NCBI GenBank assembly: GCA_002372315.1
Contig: DFFU01000008.1
Coordinates: forward strand, 12,014-76,013
Length of the DNA: 64,000 nucleotides
Source of the DNA: Alphaproteobacteria bacterium UBA3768
Lineage (GTDB): Bacteria; Pseudomonadota; Alphaproteobacteria; CAAHEQ01; UBA3637
Direction of reading: 5' to 3'
Shown: positions 46,169 through 55,815 of the stretch, piece by piece
Layout of the letters: each line of letters opens with the position of its first letter
How positions within the stretch are numbered: position 1 is the first letter of the stretch
Notes under the pieces: model-generated
Told to the model about the DNA's origin: nothing
Seen by the model: the letters and a program-made list of their open reading frames with translations, nothing else
Databases searched by the model: none
Made by a program: the position numbers and the translations under genes

Positions 46169-46630
46169 TTACTTATTTGAGATGGCAATTTTTCGTGATT
46201 TGGGAGGCAAGATTTCTTTTTTGGGTAATTTCACCGTTAAGACACCTTTTTTAAATTTTGCTTCTATTTTGTCATCAACAATATTTTCGGGTAAACGTAC
46301 TGAACGGGAAAAACTACCATAGGAACACTCTTTTAGGTAATACCCCTTTTCTTTTTCTTCTGTCTCAGCCTTCTTTTCTCCACTAATTGTGAGTAACCCA
46401 TCCTCAATGGTCAATTCTATATCATTTTCATCCATACCTGGTAATTCGGCTTTGACCTCATATCTGTCTTTTAATTCTGCAACATCCAATTTGGGAACCA
46501 TGTCTTTTTCGGATGTTGTATCCAAAGGACTCATAAACGCGTCGAACAAGCGATTGATGTCCGATTGTAATCCCCAAACATCATTTGTCCGTGGTTCAAC
46601 TTCATTTCTTTTAATAATAAAATGTGACAT
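46169..46630 (-). CDS. Small heat-shock protein, Hsp20/alpha-crystallin family
   Basis: Alpha-crystallin domain (AELPGMDENDIELTIEDGLLTISGEKK...GVLTVKLPKK). RBS AAAGGAGAAAAG before ATG 46630; the track ORF starts at an upstream in-frame ATG. Confidence 0.85.
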   Translation of the reverse strand: MSHFIIKRNEVEPRTNDVWGLQSDINRLFDAFMSPLDTTSEKDMVPKLDVAELKDRYEVKAELPGMDENDIELTIEDGLLTISGEKKAETEEKEKGYYLKECSYGSFSRSVRLPENIVDDKIEAKFKKGVLTVKLPKKEILPPKSRKIAISNK

Positions 46631-46720
46631 AATCTTTTCTCCTTTCATATTCAATCAAGTTCACAGCGCTTGATGATATCCAACATATGGGATTATGAAA
46701 GCAAAAAATCAAGTGCTAAA

Positions 46721-47458
46721 TTATTTTTCTTTCCAATTAATTTGAACGAGGGCTTTTATACTTTCCCCAACAGCAATTTGATGTAAGGTTTTTTCACCCA
46801 AAATTTGCGTTTTTACATCAACCTGTTCAAAGGCTTTTGTGGGCATTTTAAAATTGATTTGAACACAGGTAGGAATCTTTGTTTCTTGCCAATGTGGTGG
46901 CAGACTCTCTGATGCCCAAGTGGGATAAATTGCATTATTGATATGGAAATTTGTGTCCATTTCGTCAAAGCGGGCCATAAAGTGTGTAGCAAAATCTGTT
47001 TTTTCGGGCGAGCTTAAACGTATTTTTGCGGTTGAAAAAGACAATTTCTCTCCATCAATTTCTTGCAAATCAATTGTTAAAAATTTTTCAATGGGCACAG
47101 GGCGCAGTGTATTTGATGAAATCAATGCCCAATGGGTTACCCCTTCAATTAAAATTGTTCCTGTTTTGTCTTTGATGCGATAGCATCGTTGAGATGTGAC
47201 GGCGTTTAAATCAGCAATCCATGTTTCAATTGAAAAAGTTTCGCCCATGTGGGGTAGTTTGTGTATGTCAACACGATAGGATGCTGCCACCCAAGCCACT
47301 TTTGCTTTCAAGCAGGCATCATATCCAATCCCAAGTATGTTGGCATGTTCTGAAGCGACTTCTTGCAGTATATTAAATAAACTCAATAATTTTAAATCTC
47401 CAAAACAATTGACTTCATATACTTTCAGGTTATGCTCTTTTATGTATCTTTTCATCAA
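46721..47458 (-). CDS. Acyl-ACP thioesterase family protein
   Basis: Double hot-dog fold pattern typical of acyl-ACP thioesterases (LLSLFNILQEVASEHANILG..., VAWVAASYRVDIHKLP, GVTHWALISSNTLRPVPI, HINNAIY). RBS GAGGAG. Confidence 0.7.
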   Translation of the reverse strand: MMKRYIKEHNLKVYEVNCFGDLKLLSLFNILQEVASEHANILGIGYDACLKAKVAWVAASYRVDIHKLPHMGETFSIETWIADLNAVTSQRCYRIKDKTGTILIEGVTHWALISSNTLRPVPIEKFLTIDLQEIDGEKLSFSTAKIRLSSPEKTDFATHFMARFDEMDTNFHINNAIYPTWASESLPPHWQETKIPTCVQINFKMPTKAFEQVDVKTQILGEKTLHQIAVGESIKALVQINWKEK

Positions 47459-47503
47459 TTCTCCTCTTAAGTGAAAATAGCAAAATTTGTCCCAAAAGTC
47501 AAA

Positions 47504-48112
47504 TCAATCACCAATTTTGTAAACGTAGTATGAATCATATTCTGTTCCTAAAGAGACCTTTCTTTGGGGTTTAAAATTTGGAATTTGAAATCTATTTATA
47601 TAGAGGAGTGTTCCCTTTGAACATTCTTTACGGCATTTGGCACTAATCTTGGGCATAATATGTGGTAATAAAAACATAAAAATAATGTGTGCTTTGGATA
47701 TATCTGATTTAAAAAAATTTTCTCTGATAAATGTGAGATTGGGGATATTCTTGGATCGAATTTTGCTGACGAAATAGGGGATATATCCATGTTCAATTCC
47801 GATAAAATGATGGTTCGGAAATTCTTTTGCTAAAGGTATTAATAAAGAGCCCCAACCACTACCCAAGTCCATAACCACTTGATTTTTGCGCTTTGAAAGG
47901 ATTTTTGATACATCATGCATCATTTCTGTTTTGACTTTTCCACAGGATGGTACAGGGGGGGCATGGCGCATCAATTTAGAATTTACCATGAAATATAAAA
48001 ACACGATACTTACCACACTAATGACAAGCATAATAAAAATTTCCAATATGGCGAGTATTAAAACTAAAATAGACATCTCTTTGTTTTTATACAAATTTGA
48101 ATAAAAAAACAA
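47504..48112 (-). CDS. Membrane-anchored class I SAM-dependent methyltransferase
   Basis: N-terminal TM helix. Motif I VVMDLGSGWGSL, followed by FIGIEHG and FIRENFF, a Rossmann MTase pattern. Confidence 0.65.
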   Translation of the reverse strand: MFFYSNLYKNKEMSILVLILAILEIFIMLVISVVSIVFLYFMVNSKLMRHAPPVPSCGKVKTEMMHDVSKILSKRKNQVVMDLGSGWGSLLIPLAKEFPNHHFIGIEHGYIPYFVSKIRSKNIPNLTFIRENFFKSDISKAHIIFMFLLPHIMPKISAKCRKECSKGTLLYINRFQIPNFKPQRKVSLGTEYDSYYVYKIGD

Positions 48113-48183
48113 TCCCTAAATTTAAAATATCCTAAAAACAATAATTTCAATTTTGTTGATTTCAAATTTGCACAAGCACTTGG

Positions 48184-48214
48184 AAACAAAAAAGCCACCT
48201 GTTTCAAGGTGGCT
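48184..48214 (-). terminator. Rho-independent terminator downstream of tRNA-Val
   Basis: 8-bp stem AGCCACCT/AGGTGGCT with a 6-nt loop, followed on the minus strand by a T-run. Confidence 0.5.
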
Positions 48215-48220
48215 TATAAT

Positions 48221-48297
48221 TGGTGGGCGATTACGGATTCGAACCGCAGACCCTATGCGTGTAAAGCATATGCTCTAACCAGCTGAGCTAATCGCCC
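48221..48297 (-). tRNA. tRNA-Val (anticodon UAC)
   Basis: Reverse complement GGGCGATTAGCTCAGCTGGTTAGAGCATATGCTTTACACGCATAGGGTCTGCGGTTCGAATCCGTAATCGCCCACCA. Acceptor GGGCGAT/ATCGCCC, anticodon loop TTTACAC, CCA encoded. Confidence 0.9.
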
Positions 48298-48338
48298 GAA
48301 CGTATCTATCATAGCACGATTTTTTTAAAAAGTCAAAG

Positions 48339-50663
48339 TTATTTTTTAATTTCTCGTGTTAAAGCGTATTTTAAAACATCTTCTGCTTTGGCCAAAGGAA
48401 TGATTTTTAATCCCTCTTTGACATTATCTGGGATTTCCTCTAGATCCTTTTCATTTTCGGAAGGGATTAAAACAGTTTTAATACCTGCACGTAAAGCCGC
48501 CAACAATTTTTCCTTTAATCCACCAATGGGTAAAATGCGACCGCGTAAAGTAATTTCACCGGTCATGGCGACATCTTTACGAACGGGAATTCCTGTTAAA
48601 GCTGAGACCAAGGAAGTCATCATGGCAATACCTGCGCTGGGACCATCTTTTGGGGTTGCCCCTTCTGGTACATGAATGTGAACGTCTTTTTTCTCAAAAA
48701 CCTCATCATTGATACCAAAATCATCCGCATGGGCACGCACAAAAGAATAGGCGGCTTCAATAGATTCCTTCATCACATCACCCAATTGTCCTGTTAAAGT
48801 ATGCTTTCCTTTGCCGGGCATGGTTAAGGCTTCAATAGATAAAATATCACCACCCACTTCTGTCCAAGCAAGACCGGTCGTAATACCTACTTGATCTGTT
48901 TTTTCTGCGATACCATAGGAATACTTTTGAACCCCAGCATAATCTTTAACATTGGTTTGAGTTAATTCCACAGACTTTGTGTCTTTGGTTAAAATTTCTT
49001 TTACGACCTTACGGGCGATATTGGCGATTTCGCGTTCCAATTGACGTACACCTGATTCGCGTGTGTAATGGCGAATGAGTTGCAAAAGTGCTGCATCTGT
49101 GAACTTTAATTCTTTTTCCTCTAAACCTGCCAATTTTAATTGTTTTGGAATAAGATGGCGTTTGGCAATTTCTTGCTTTTCTTCCTCGGTATAACCTGAT
49201 AGGTGAATGATTTCCATACGATCCAATAAAGGTCGTGGCATATTGAGTGAATTGGCAGTTGCAATGAACATCACATGCGATAAATCGTAATCAACTTCCA
49301 AATAATGATCGTTAAAAGTTTGGTTTTGTTCAGGATCCAAAACTTCCAACAAAGCCGATGCTGGATCTCCCCGATAATCGTTGCCTAATTTGTCTACTTC
49401 ATCCAGCAAGAATAAAGGATTGATATTGCCAGCTTTTTTCATAGATTGGACAATTTTACCCGGCATTGCGCCGATATAGGTGCGCCTGTGTCCACGAATC
49501 TCAGCCTCATCACGCATGCCACCCAAACTGGCACGTACAAAGGTACGTCCTGTGGCACGGGCAATGGATTGGCCTAAACTGGTCTTACCAACTCCTGGAG
49601 GGCCCACCAAGCACAAAATTGACCCTTTGACGCAATTGGTGCGTTTTTGAACCGCCAAAAATTCCAAGATACGTTCTTTAACCTTTTTTAGGCCATAATG
49701 ATCTTCATCCAAAATCTTTTTAGCGCCAGCCAAATCAAAATCTAAATCTTTTTTTTCTTTCCATGGTAGGTTAATCAGCCAGTCAATATAGTTGCGAATA
49801 ATACCGGCCTCAGCCGACATAGGTCCCATCATCTTTAAGCGTTTTAATTCTGTTTGAGCTTTTTCTGTGGCCTCTTTACTCATATTGGCTTTTTTAATTT
49901 TTGCCTCTAATTCTGTTATTTCTGATCCATCTTCACCCCCATCTGATAGCTCTTTTTGAATGGCCTTCATTTGCTCATTCAAATAGTATTCGCGCTGGGA
50001 TTTTTCCATTTGCTTTTTGACCCGACGCCGGATTTTACGTTCCACCTGCATAACGTCTAATTCTTTTTCCATGAGTGCAAATAACTCTTCCATACGCTTG
50101 GCCAAACTGGGGGATTCCAATAGTTTTTGGCGTTCTTCGGATTTGATGACAATATGTGAAGCAATAACGTTTGTCAGTTTTTCTGGCTCTTTAATGCTGG
50201 CCACAGCCAATAACATTTCAGGACCAATATGGCTGGACAATTGCCCATACATTTCAAATTGTTCGGCTACTGATCGCGTTAAAGTTTCCACTTTTGCGGG
50301 ATCCGATTCTTTATCTGGCAATGCTGTGGCGTGTGCTTCAAAAAACACATCACTTCGTGTCCAATCCAATACTTTTGCTCTGGTCGCACCTTCTGCTAAA
50401 ATTTTAATTGTTCCATCAGGAAGTTTAAGCATTTGCAAAACATTTGCCAGTGTTCCAATGGTGTATAAATCTCCTGTATAGGGCGTATCATTTTCACCAT
50501 CTGTTTGGGTTAGAACCAAAATTTGTTTATTGTTTTCCATGGCATTTTCTAGTGCGGCAATGGATTTATCGCGACTGATAAATAAGGGAATAACCACATG
50601 TGGAAACAACACCATATCGCGTAATGCCAGTACGGGATAAATACCATCTTGATTTTCTGCCAT
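48339..50663 (-). CDS. lon: ATP-dependent Lon protease
   Basis: 774 aa with Lon N-domain, AAA+ Walker A GPPGVGKTS, Walker B FLLDEVDK, and the protease catalytic motif PKDGPSAGIAM. Confidence 0.95.
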   Translation of the reverse strand: MAENQDGIYPVLALRDMVLFPHVVIPLFISRDKSIAALENAMENNKQILVLTQTDGENDTPYTGDLYTIGTLANVLQMLKLPDGTIKILAEGATRAKVLDWTRSDVFFEAHATALPDKESDPAKVETLTRSVAEQFEMYGQLSSHIGPEMLLAVASIKEPEKLTNVIASHIVIKSEERQKLLESPSLAKRMEELFALMEKELDVMQVERKIRRRVKKQMEKSQREYYLNEQMKAIQKELSDGGEDGSEITELEAKIKKANMSKEATEKAQTELKRLKMMGPMSAEAGIIRNYIDWLINLPWKEKKDLDFDLAGAKKILDEDHYGLKKVKERILEFLAVQKRTNCVKGSILCLVGPPGVGKTSLGQSIARATGRTFVRASLGGMRDEAEIRGHRRTYIGAMPGKIVQSMKKAGNINPLFLLDEVDKLGNDYRGDPASALLEVLDPEQNQTFNDHYLEVDYDLSHVMFIATANSLNMPRPLLDRMEIIHLSGYTEEEKQEIAKRHLIPKQLKLAGLEEKELKFTDAALLQLIRHYTRESGVRQLEREIANIARKVVKEILTKDTKSVELTQTNVKDYAGVQKYSYGIAEKTDQVGITTGLAWTEVGGDILSIEALTMPGKGKHTLTGQLGDVMKESIEAAYSFVRAHADDFGINDEVFEKKDVHIHVPEGATPKDGPSAGIAMMTSLVSALTGIPVRKDVAMTGEITLRGRILPIGGLKEKLLAALRAGIKTVLIPSENEKDLEEIPDNVKEGLKIIPLAKAEDVLKYALTREIKK

Positions 50664-50717
50664 AAAATCTCCTTTTTTAAATATATATGTATGCTTTTAT
50701 GTAAAAAGTCAATATCC

Positions 50718-51134
50718 TTATAAAACTTTAACATAGATTAGAGCATCTTTTTTACCATTTTGATAATACCCCTTACGCCGATTTATGGGTAAAAATCCCA
50801 TTTTTTCATAAAGTCTGATTGCGGGGATATTGTCTTCGGCTACATCCAAAAATATTTTCTGTACATTATTTTCTTTGGCGTATTGAAACATTTGTTTTAA
50901 TAGGGTTGTTCCTTCACCTAAATGACGATATTTTGGAATAACACCAAAGGTTAAAATCTCCATTTCATCAGAAATGTGAGAACATAATAACATTCCCTTT
51001 TCATTCATCCACAGGCGTGTTGTTGGTAGATTGAGTAACCCATGAAATTCACTTTCGGACCATGCGTTTTGAAAACACTGTTTGTGGATTTTATGTGCTG
51101 GCAGGGCATATTGACTCCCTTTACACAGTAACAT
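50718..51134 (-). CDS. rimI: Ribosomal-protein-alanine N-acetyltransferase (GNAT)
   Basis: GNAT fold (IRLYEKMGF). Downstream of and overlapping tsaB, which is the typical tsaB-rimI arrangement. Confidence 0.75.
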   Translation of the reverse strand: MLLCKGSQYALPAHKIHKQCFQNAWSESEFHGLLNLPTTRLWMNEKGMLLCSHISDEMEILTFGVIPKYRHLGEGTTLLKQMFQYAKENNVQKIFLDVAEDNIPAIRLYEKMGFLPINRRKGYYQNGKKDALIYVKVL

Positions 51135-51726
51135 CGGCTTGCCTTAGATATAGAGGTTGTGCTGGCAGGGGATGCTCTTTACGTTTTAAAGCAATTTGGG
51201 CAACAGCAACTGCAAGGGGGAGCGTACGTTGAATTGTTTTACATCCAATTTTATCAGCCAATTCTTGCGCTCCATCACCAATTGCTACAAAAGGCAGGCT
51301 CTTTTTTAATCCTTCGTTTGTTTCAATATGGGCTTCATCAGTTGCTTGATTGTTTTCAAAATGCTGAACAAAATAATCACCACGTTTAGAATCCAAAACA
51401 ACGGTAATGGATTGTTTGATACCGTAGGCTTCAGCCTCTAAATTTGTAACACCCCAAACGGGAATGTTTAATGCTAATCCAAAAGCTTTTGCACACGCTA
51501 ACCCAATGCGAACACCCGTGAAAGACCCCGGCCCAACCGCAACAGCAATCGCATGCAGATTTTCCACTTTTTGTTTGGCCTCAGTCAATAACGTTTGAAT
51601 CAGGGGAATAAGGGCTTCACCTTGACCACGATCCATTTGCAGTTCTTTGGAAAAAATATTTCCTTTTTCTGTCAATAATGCGACAGAAAGCGTGCGATTT
51701 GATGTATCAATTGCCAATAAGACCAT
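51121..51726 (-). CDS. tsaB: tRNA threonylcarbamoyladenosine biosynthesis protein TsaB
   Basis: MVLLAIDTSNRTLSVALL N-terminus and YeaZ/TsaB fold, 201 aa. Confidence 0.85.
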   Translation of the reverse strand: MVLLAIDTSNRTLSVALLTEKGNIFSKELQMDRGQGEALIPLIQTLLTEAKQKVENLHAIAVAVGPGSFTGVRIGLACAKAFGLALNIPVWGVTNLEAEAYGIKQSITVVLDSKRGDYFVQHFENNQATDEAHIETNEGLKKSLPFVAIGDGAQELADKIGCKTIQRTLPLAVAVAQIALKRKEHPLPAQPLYLRQADVTV

Positions 51727-51775
51727 TTTAACTCCTATAAGATATTTTATCGTTTTTTAGAAAGAAAATCAAGAT

Positions 51776-51912
51776 AAAAAAAGCCCCCCGGTTGCCCGAG
51801 GGGTGCAGATTGGATCGAATTAAAAAAAGGGGGAGGTTTCGTCCAACCCACGCAGATGTTCGCTTATAGGGAGACTAAATGACACAAACACCTGATTCCG
51901 CTTCCACGGAAC
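51776..51912 (-). ncRNA. Candidate small RNA or 5' leader of tsaB, with its own promoter and terminators (unknown family)
   Basis: On the minus strand: a perfect TTGACA-17-TATAAT promoter, then about 137 nt with no ORF. It ends in a GC-rich hairpin (CCCCUCGG..CCGGGGGG) plus U7 about 50 nt before the tsaB ATG. A second U7 run lies internally. Confidence 0.4.
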
Positions 51913-51918
51913 GAGGGC

Positions 51919-51947
51919 ATTATATCAGATATTTTTTATTTTGTCAA
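51919..51947 (-). promoter_or_regulatory. Consensus sigma70 promoter (minus strand) driving the candidate sRNA/leader
   Basis: Minus-strand TTGACA (51947-51942), 17-nt spacer, TATAAT (51924-51919). Confidence 0.5.
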
Positions 51948-52037
51948 GTATTTTTTATATTTGTTTTTAATTTTTTTTTGATTGCTTTAAAATAATTCTT
52001 GATTTTTTTATAAAATAAGGCTACAATACTTCCTATT

Positions 52038-52114
52038 CGGGGTGTAGCTCAGCCTGGTAGAGTACTAGCTTTGGGAGCTAGGTGTCGCTGGTTCAAGTCC
52101 AGTCGCCCCGACCA
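52038..52114 (+). tRNA. tRNA-Pro (anticodon UGG)
   Basis: CGGGGTG acceptor pairing with CGCCCCG (one G:U), D-arm GCTC/GAGT, anticodon stem CTAGC/GCTAG with loop TTTGGGA, T-arm GCTGG-TTCAAGT-CCAGT, CCA encoded. Confidence 0.9.
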
Positions 52115-52132
52115 TTTTTGAAAGATTTTCCC

Positions 52133-52618
52133 ATGATTTACCGAAAAGCAACATTAAAGGATTTGGATGAATTGTGCCGATTGCGTAGTCAGTTGGAAAA
52201 TGATTCAGAGGATAAGCTAACCAAAGAATATGCCCCTTATCATGCAGAACGCGATAGAGCATGGCTTCAAAAATGTTTGCACTCGCATAATAAAGTTATT
52301 TTTATTGCAGAAAAAAATGGGTGTATTTGTGGTTGTGCCATTTTAGCAATTGAAAAAATTTCCCCAAGAGTTCAAGCCTATTATACCTATCATAAAAAGG
52401 CATTATTGGTTCATTTGTACGTTGATAAAAATTGTCGCCGACAAGGTATTGGTCGCGCTTTAACGGAATGTAGTTTAAAATATTTGGCACAAAGAGGTGT
52501 TGAATTTGTGGATTTAGAATGTTATATGTATAACAAAAAGGCTGCGGCCCTATATGATAAAATTGGTTTTCAAGATGTTTTTGTCACAAAGCGTTGGCGT
52601 TTAAAGGAGAAAAAATGA
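52133..52618 (+). CDS. GNAT family N-acetyltransferase
   Basis: Acetyl-CoA binding motif RRQGIGRAL and a GNAT fold. Start ATG at 52133, downstream of the tRNA; the track ORF start overlaps tRNA-Pro. Confidence 0.7.
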   Translation: MIYRKATLKDLDELCRLRSQLENDSEDKLTKEYAPYHAERDRAWLQKCLHSHNKVIFIAEKNGCICGCAILAIEKISPRVQAYYTYHKKALLVHLYVDKNCRRQGIGRALTECSLKYLAQRGVEFVDLECYMYNKKAAALYDKIGFQDVFVTKRWRLKEKK

Positions 52619-52788
52619 TCTCAAAAGAATTGATTCAAGGCTTGGAAAATTATAAACAAAAAACAGATCTTTTCCCTCATATCAAACGGCGGGTTGAACA
52701 AACTAAAGAACGCTTTCAATTGATTCAAAAAGCCAGAAAGTGCGCTAAAAATTCAAAATTACATTTTGATCAGAAAATAAAAGAATAA
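52615..52788 (+). CDS. Small hypothetical protein (57 aa), ATGA-coupled to the GNAT gene
   Basis: ATG overlaps the GNAT TGA stop. Product MISKELIQGLENYKQKTDLFPHIKRRVEQTKERFQLIQKARK.. is basic and helical. Confidence 0.3.
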   Translation: MISKELIQGLENYKQKTDLFPHIKRRVEQTKERFQLIQKARKCAKNSKLHFDQKIKE

Positions 52789-52850
52789 TCCTTTTTCCTT
52801 GACAAATAAATAAAAAAAAGATATTTTCTCCCCTATAAAAGGAGATTAAA

Positions 52851-53567
52851 ATGACGTCAAAAATGGCATTAGTGGGTACAATATTGGCCTGTGGTATTTC
52901 TTTGGGTGGTTTTTTCCCTGGATACTATTATTATAAAACGCATTTTGATATGCGGACTGTTACGGTCAAAGGTTTGGCCGAAAAAGATGTAAAGGCAGAT
53001 TTGGCTGTGTGGAATATTCGTTTTCAATCTACAGGGAATGTTTTGGCAACGACTAAAAAGGATATAGAAGCTCAAGAGCAAACAATTAAATCTTTTTTGC
53101 AAAAGGCGGGTTTTTCTGATGACGAAATTATTGTGCAGGGGCTAACAATGCAGGATGCCTATGCCGATGCGTATCGAGACAGAAATTCTATCCCCTCTCG
53201 CTATACACTTAATCAAACATTGACGGTTCGGACGGACAAAGTGGATTTAGTTAATTCTTTTTATCCACAAATTGGGGATTTGGTTTCAAAAGGTGTGAGT
53301 TTTAATACTTATGGCAATGGGGTGTCCTATTTGTTTACAGGATTAAATAATATAAAGCCATCTATGCTGAAACAAGCCACACAAAATGCGCGTCAGGCGG
53401 CCGATGAATTTGCTCAAAATTCTCATTCAAAAGTGGGTAAAATTCGCTCGGCGAATCAGGGCGTGTTTTCCATTTTGCCTCGCGAAGAAATTCCCGATCA
53501 AGGTGAACGTGAGCAAATCAATAAAAAGGTTCGTGTCGTTTCTACCGTGGAATATTATTTGGATTAG
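52851..53567 (+). CDS. SIMPL/DUF541 (BP26/YggE-like) periplasmic protein
   Basis: N-terminal hydrophobic signal-anchor. Similarity pattern to SIMPL-domain proteins (VTVKGLAEKDVKADLAVWNIRF...). RBS AAAAGGAG. Confidence 0.75.
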   Translation: MTSKMALVGTILACGISLGGFFPGYYYYKTHFDMRTVTVKGLAEKDVKADLAVWNIRFQSTGNVLATTKKDIEAQEQTIKSFLQKAGFSDDEIIVQGLTMQDAYADAYRDRNSIPSRYTLNQTLTVRTDKVDLVNSFYPQIGDLVSKGVSFNTYGNGVSYLFTGLNNIKPSMLKQATQNARQAADEFAQNSHSKVGKIRSANQGVFSILPREEIPDQGEREQINKKVRVVSTVEYYLD

Positions 53568-53683
53568 AATAAATCAAAGTTTTTTCTTATAAAAATTTTT
53601 AATACATAATTTAAGGTCTATTTATCTTGACTTTTGAGATATTTTGGGCTAATAATATGCCCAAAAGCAAAGGAGTAAAAATG

Positions 53684-54838
53684 ACGGTTCAAAAACTGAC
53701 AGATAATATCTTTTATATCGGTGTGGATGATAAGACTTTGGATTTATTTGAAGGTCAATATGTTATCCCCAATGGCGTAAGCTATAATTCCTATGTGATT
53801 ATGGATGAAAAAGTGGCCGTGATGGATACAGTGGATATTCGTGCCACAGAGACTTGGTTTGAAAATTTGGCCACAGTTTTGAATGACAGATTGCCAGATT
53901 ATTTAATCGTATCGCATATGGAACCCGATCATGCGGGCAGCATCCAAAAATTTGTTGAAAAGTATCCTGAAACAAAAATTGTAATGACAGGGGCCGCCCA
54001 AAAAATGTTAGGGCAATTTTTCCCCGAATTAAATATTCCCGTTCAAGTAGTGGGAGAAGGAGCAACATTAGCATTGGGGCGCCACACCTTGCACTTTATT
54101 TTGGCACCTATGGTGCATTGGCCGGAAGTCATGATGACCTATGATGCAACGGATAAGGTTTTATTTTCGGCGGATGCTTTTGGTAAATTTGGGGCGCTGG
54201 ATACAAATGAAGATTGGGCCTGCGAAGCACGTCGTTATTATTTTAACATTGTGGGTAAATATGGGCCTCAGGTTCAGGCAGTTTTGAAAAAAGCCTCTGC
54301 ATTGGATATTCAAAAAATCTTTCCTTTACATGGGCCAATGCTGACAGACAATTTAGCCTATTATTTGGAAAAATATAACATTTGGAGTTCTTATCAACCC
54401 GAAGATAAAGGTGTCTTTATTGCCTATGTATCCATTTATGGCAATACCAAAAAAGCCTGTGAGTTATTAAAAACGAAATTGGAACAAAAAGGTGTTAAGG
54501 TGGCTATATCTGACTTGGCACGGGATGATATGGCCGAATGTTTGGAAGATGCTTTTCGCTATGATCGTTTGGTGTTGGCATCTCCCACCTATGATACGGG
54601 TATTTTCCCAACGATGGAAACTTTTATTGTGCACCTAAAATCCAAAAATTATCAAAACAGGATGATTGCTTTGATTGAAAATGGGTCATGGGCACCTCAG
54701 GCTGCCAAAAAGATGCGTACAGAATTGGAAGCATTAAAGAATATTGCTTTTGTGGAACCCGTGATTACGATTAAATCGGCAATGACAAAAGAAAATGAAT
54801 CCCAAATGACAGACTTGGCAGACCAATTATGCAAATAA
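53684..54838 (+). CDS. Flavodiiron protein (A-type flavoprotein; O2/NO reductase), metallo-beta-lactamase-like + flavodoxin domains
   Basis: Di-iron site motif SHMEPDHAG in the lactamase-fold domain. C-terminal flavodoxin domain (FIAYVSIYGNTKK). RBS AAAGGAG before ATG 53684. Confidence 0.8.
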   Translation, partial: TVQKLTDNIFYIGVDDKTLDLFEGQYVIPNGVSYNSYVIMDEKVAVMDTVDIRATETWFENLATVLNDRLPDYLIVSHMEPDHAGSIQKFVEKYPETKIVMTGAAQKMLGQFFPELNIPVQVVGEGATLALGRHTLHFILAPMVHWPEVMMTYDATDKVLFSADAFGKFGALDTNEDWACEARRYYFNIVGKYGPQVQAVLKKASALDIQKIFPLHGPMLTDNLAYYLEKYNIWSSYQPEDKGVFIAYVSIYGNTKKACELLKTKLEQKGVKVAISDLARDDMAECLEDAFRYDRLVLASPTYDTGIFPTMETFIVHLKSKNYQNRMIALIENGSWAPQAAKKMRTELEALKNIAFVEPVITIKSAMTKENESQMTDLADQLCK

Positions 54839-55815
54839 AATGGTGGCGACCAGATCTTTACATGAAAAATACTCCTGTGCGTCAGGTGCGTTCTCAGGTA
54901 ATAAAAACGATACGTTATTATTTTGATCATCGTGGTTTTCAAGAAGTGGACACTCCTTATTTGCAAGTGGCTCCCAGTGATGAAATTCATTTAAAATGCT
55001 TTCAAACAGGGGATTATTATTTGCATACTTCGCCAGAACTTTCTATGAAAAAATTATTGGTGGCTGGCGAAGAAAAAATTTATCAAATTTGTCATGCTTA
55101 TCGTGATGAACCAGTATCAAGTACGCATGCCCCAGAATTTACGATGTTGGAATGGTATCGTACGCATACTGATTATTCGGCCATGATGCGTGATACAGTC
55201 AACATTGTGCGTGCTTGTGCTAAAAGATGCGATGTAAAACAATTGCAACATAATAATCGCACTTGTGATCCTTTTAAACGGTGGCAAAAATTGACGGTGG
55301 CTCAAGCTTTTAAAAAGTATGCTGGTGTCAATTTATGGGCCAAGGATTTGCGCAAAGAGGCTGAACGTATTGGTATTCAATGTTCTGATAATGATACATG
55401 GGAGGATATTTTCTTTCGGATTATGCTCAATTGTGTGGAATATAAATTGGGTGATGGTGTACCGACTATTTTATGCGAGTATCCGACACAATTAGGGGCT
55501 TTGGCACGTCAAAAACCAACAGATTCGCGTGTCTGTGAACGTTTTGAGGTATATGCCTGTGGCGTGGAGCTTTGTAATGCATTTTCAGAATTGACAGATC
55601 CTGTGGAACAGCGGATGCGCTTTAAATCAAATTATGCAGAACGTAAGCGTATCTATGGTTGGGATGACCCAATGGATGAAGATTTTTTGCAGGCATTGGA
55701 ATATGGTATGCCCGAAGCCTCAGGAAATGCATTAGGTGTGGACCGGTTGATTATGTTGATTAGCGGAACTGAAAAATTAAATAATACAGTATGGGTTCCG
55801 TGTAAAAAAAGATAA
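54829..55815 (+). CDS. epmA: Elongation factor P--(R)-beta-lysine ligase (truncated class II LysRS paralog)
   Basis: Class II aaRS motifs in a ~325 aa protein with no anticodon-binding domain (FQEVDTPYLQ, YQICHAYRDE, PEFTMLEWY, GVDRLIML). Confidence 0.8.
   Translation: MQIKWWRPDLYMKNTPVRQVRSQVIKTIRYYFDHRGFQEVDTPYLQVAPSDEIHLKCFQTGDYYLHTSPELSMKKLLVAGEEKIYQICHAYRDEPVSSTHAPEFTMLEWYRTHTDYSAMMRDTVNIVRACAKRCDVKQLQHNNRTCDPFKRWQKLTVAQAFKKYAGVNLWAKDLRKEAERIGIQCSDNDTWEDIFFRIMLNCVEYKLGDGVPTILCEYPTQLGALARQKPTDSRVCERFEVYACGVELCNAFSELTDPVEQRMRFKSNYAERKRIYGWDDPMDEDFLQALEYGMPEASGNALGVDRLIMLISGTEKLNNTVWVPCKKR

Noticed and set aside
51776-51912. Candidate sRNA as SRP/4.5S RNA, 6S RNA or tmRNA.
   Set aside because: No domain IV SRP motif (GGUCAGGUCCGGAAGGAAGCAGCC-like), no tRNA-like or tag-encoding features, and the length is wrong for 6S. 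It is kept only as an unknown ncRNA or leader.
52082-52132. Upstream extension of the GNAT ORF starting at 52082.
   Set aside because: It overlaps tRNA-Pro. The internal ATG at 52133 just after the tRNA is the plausible start.
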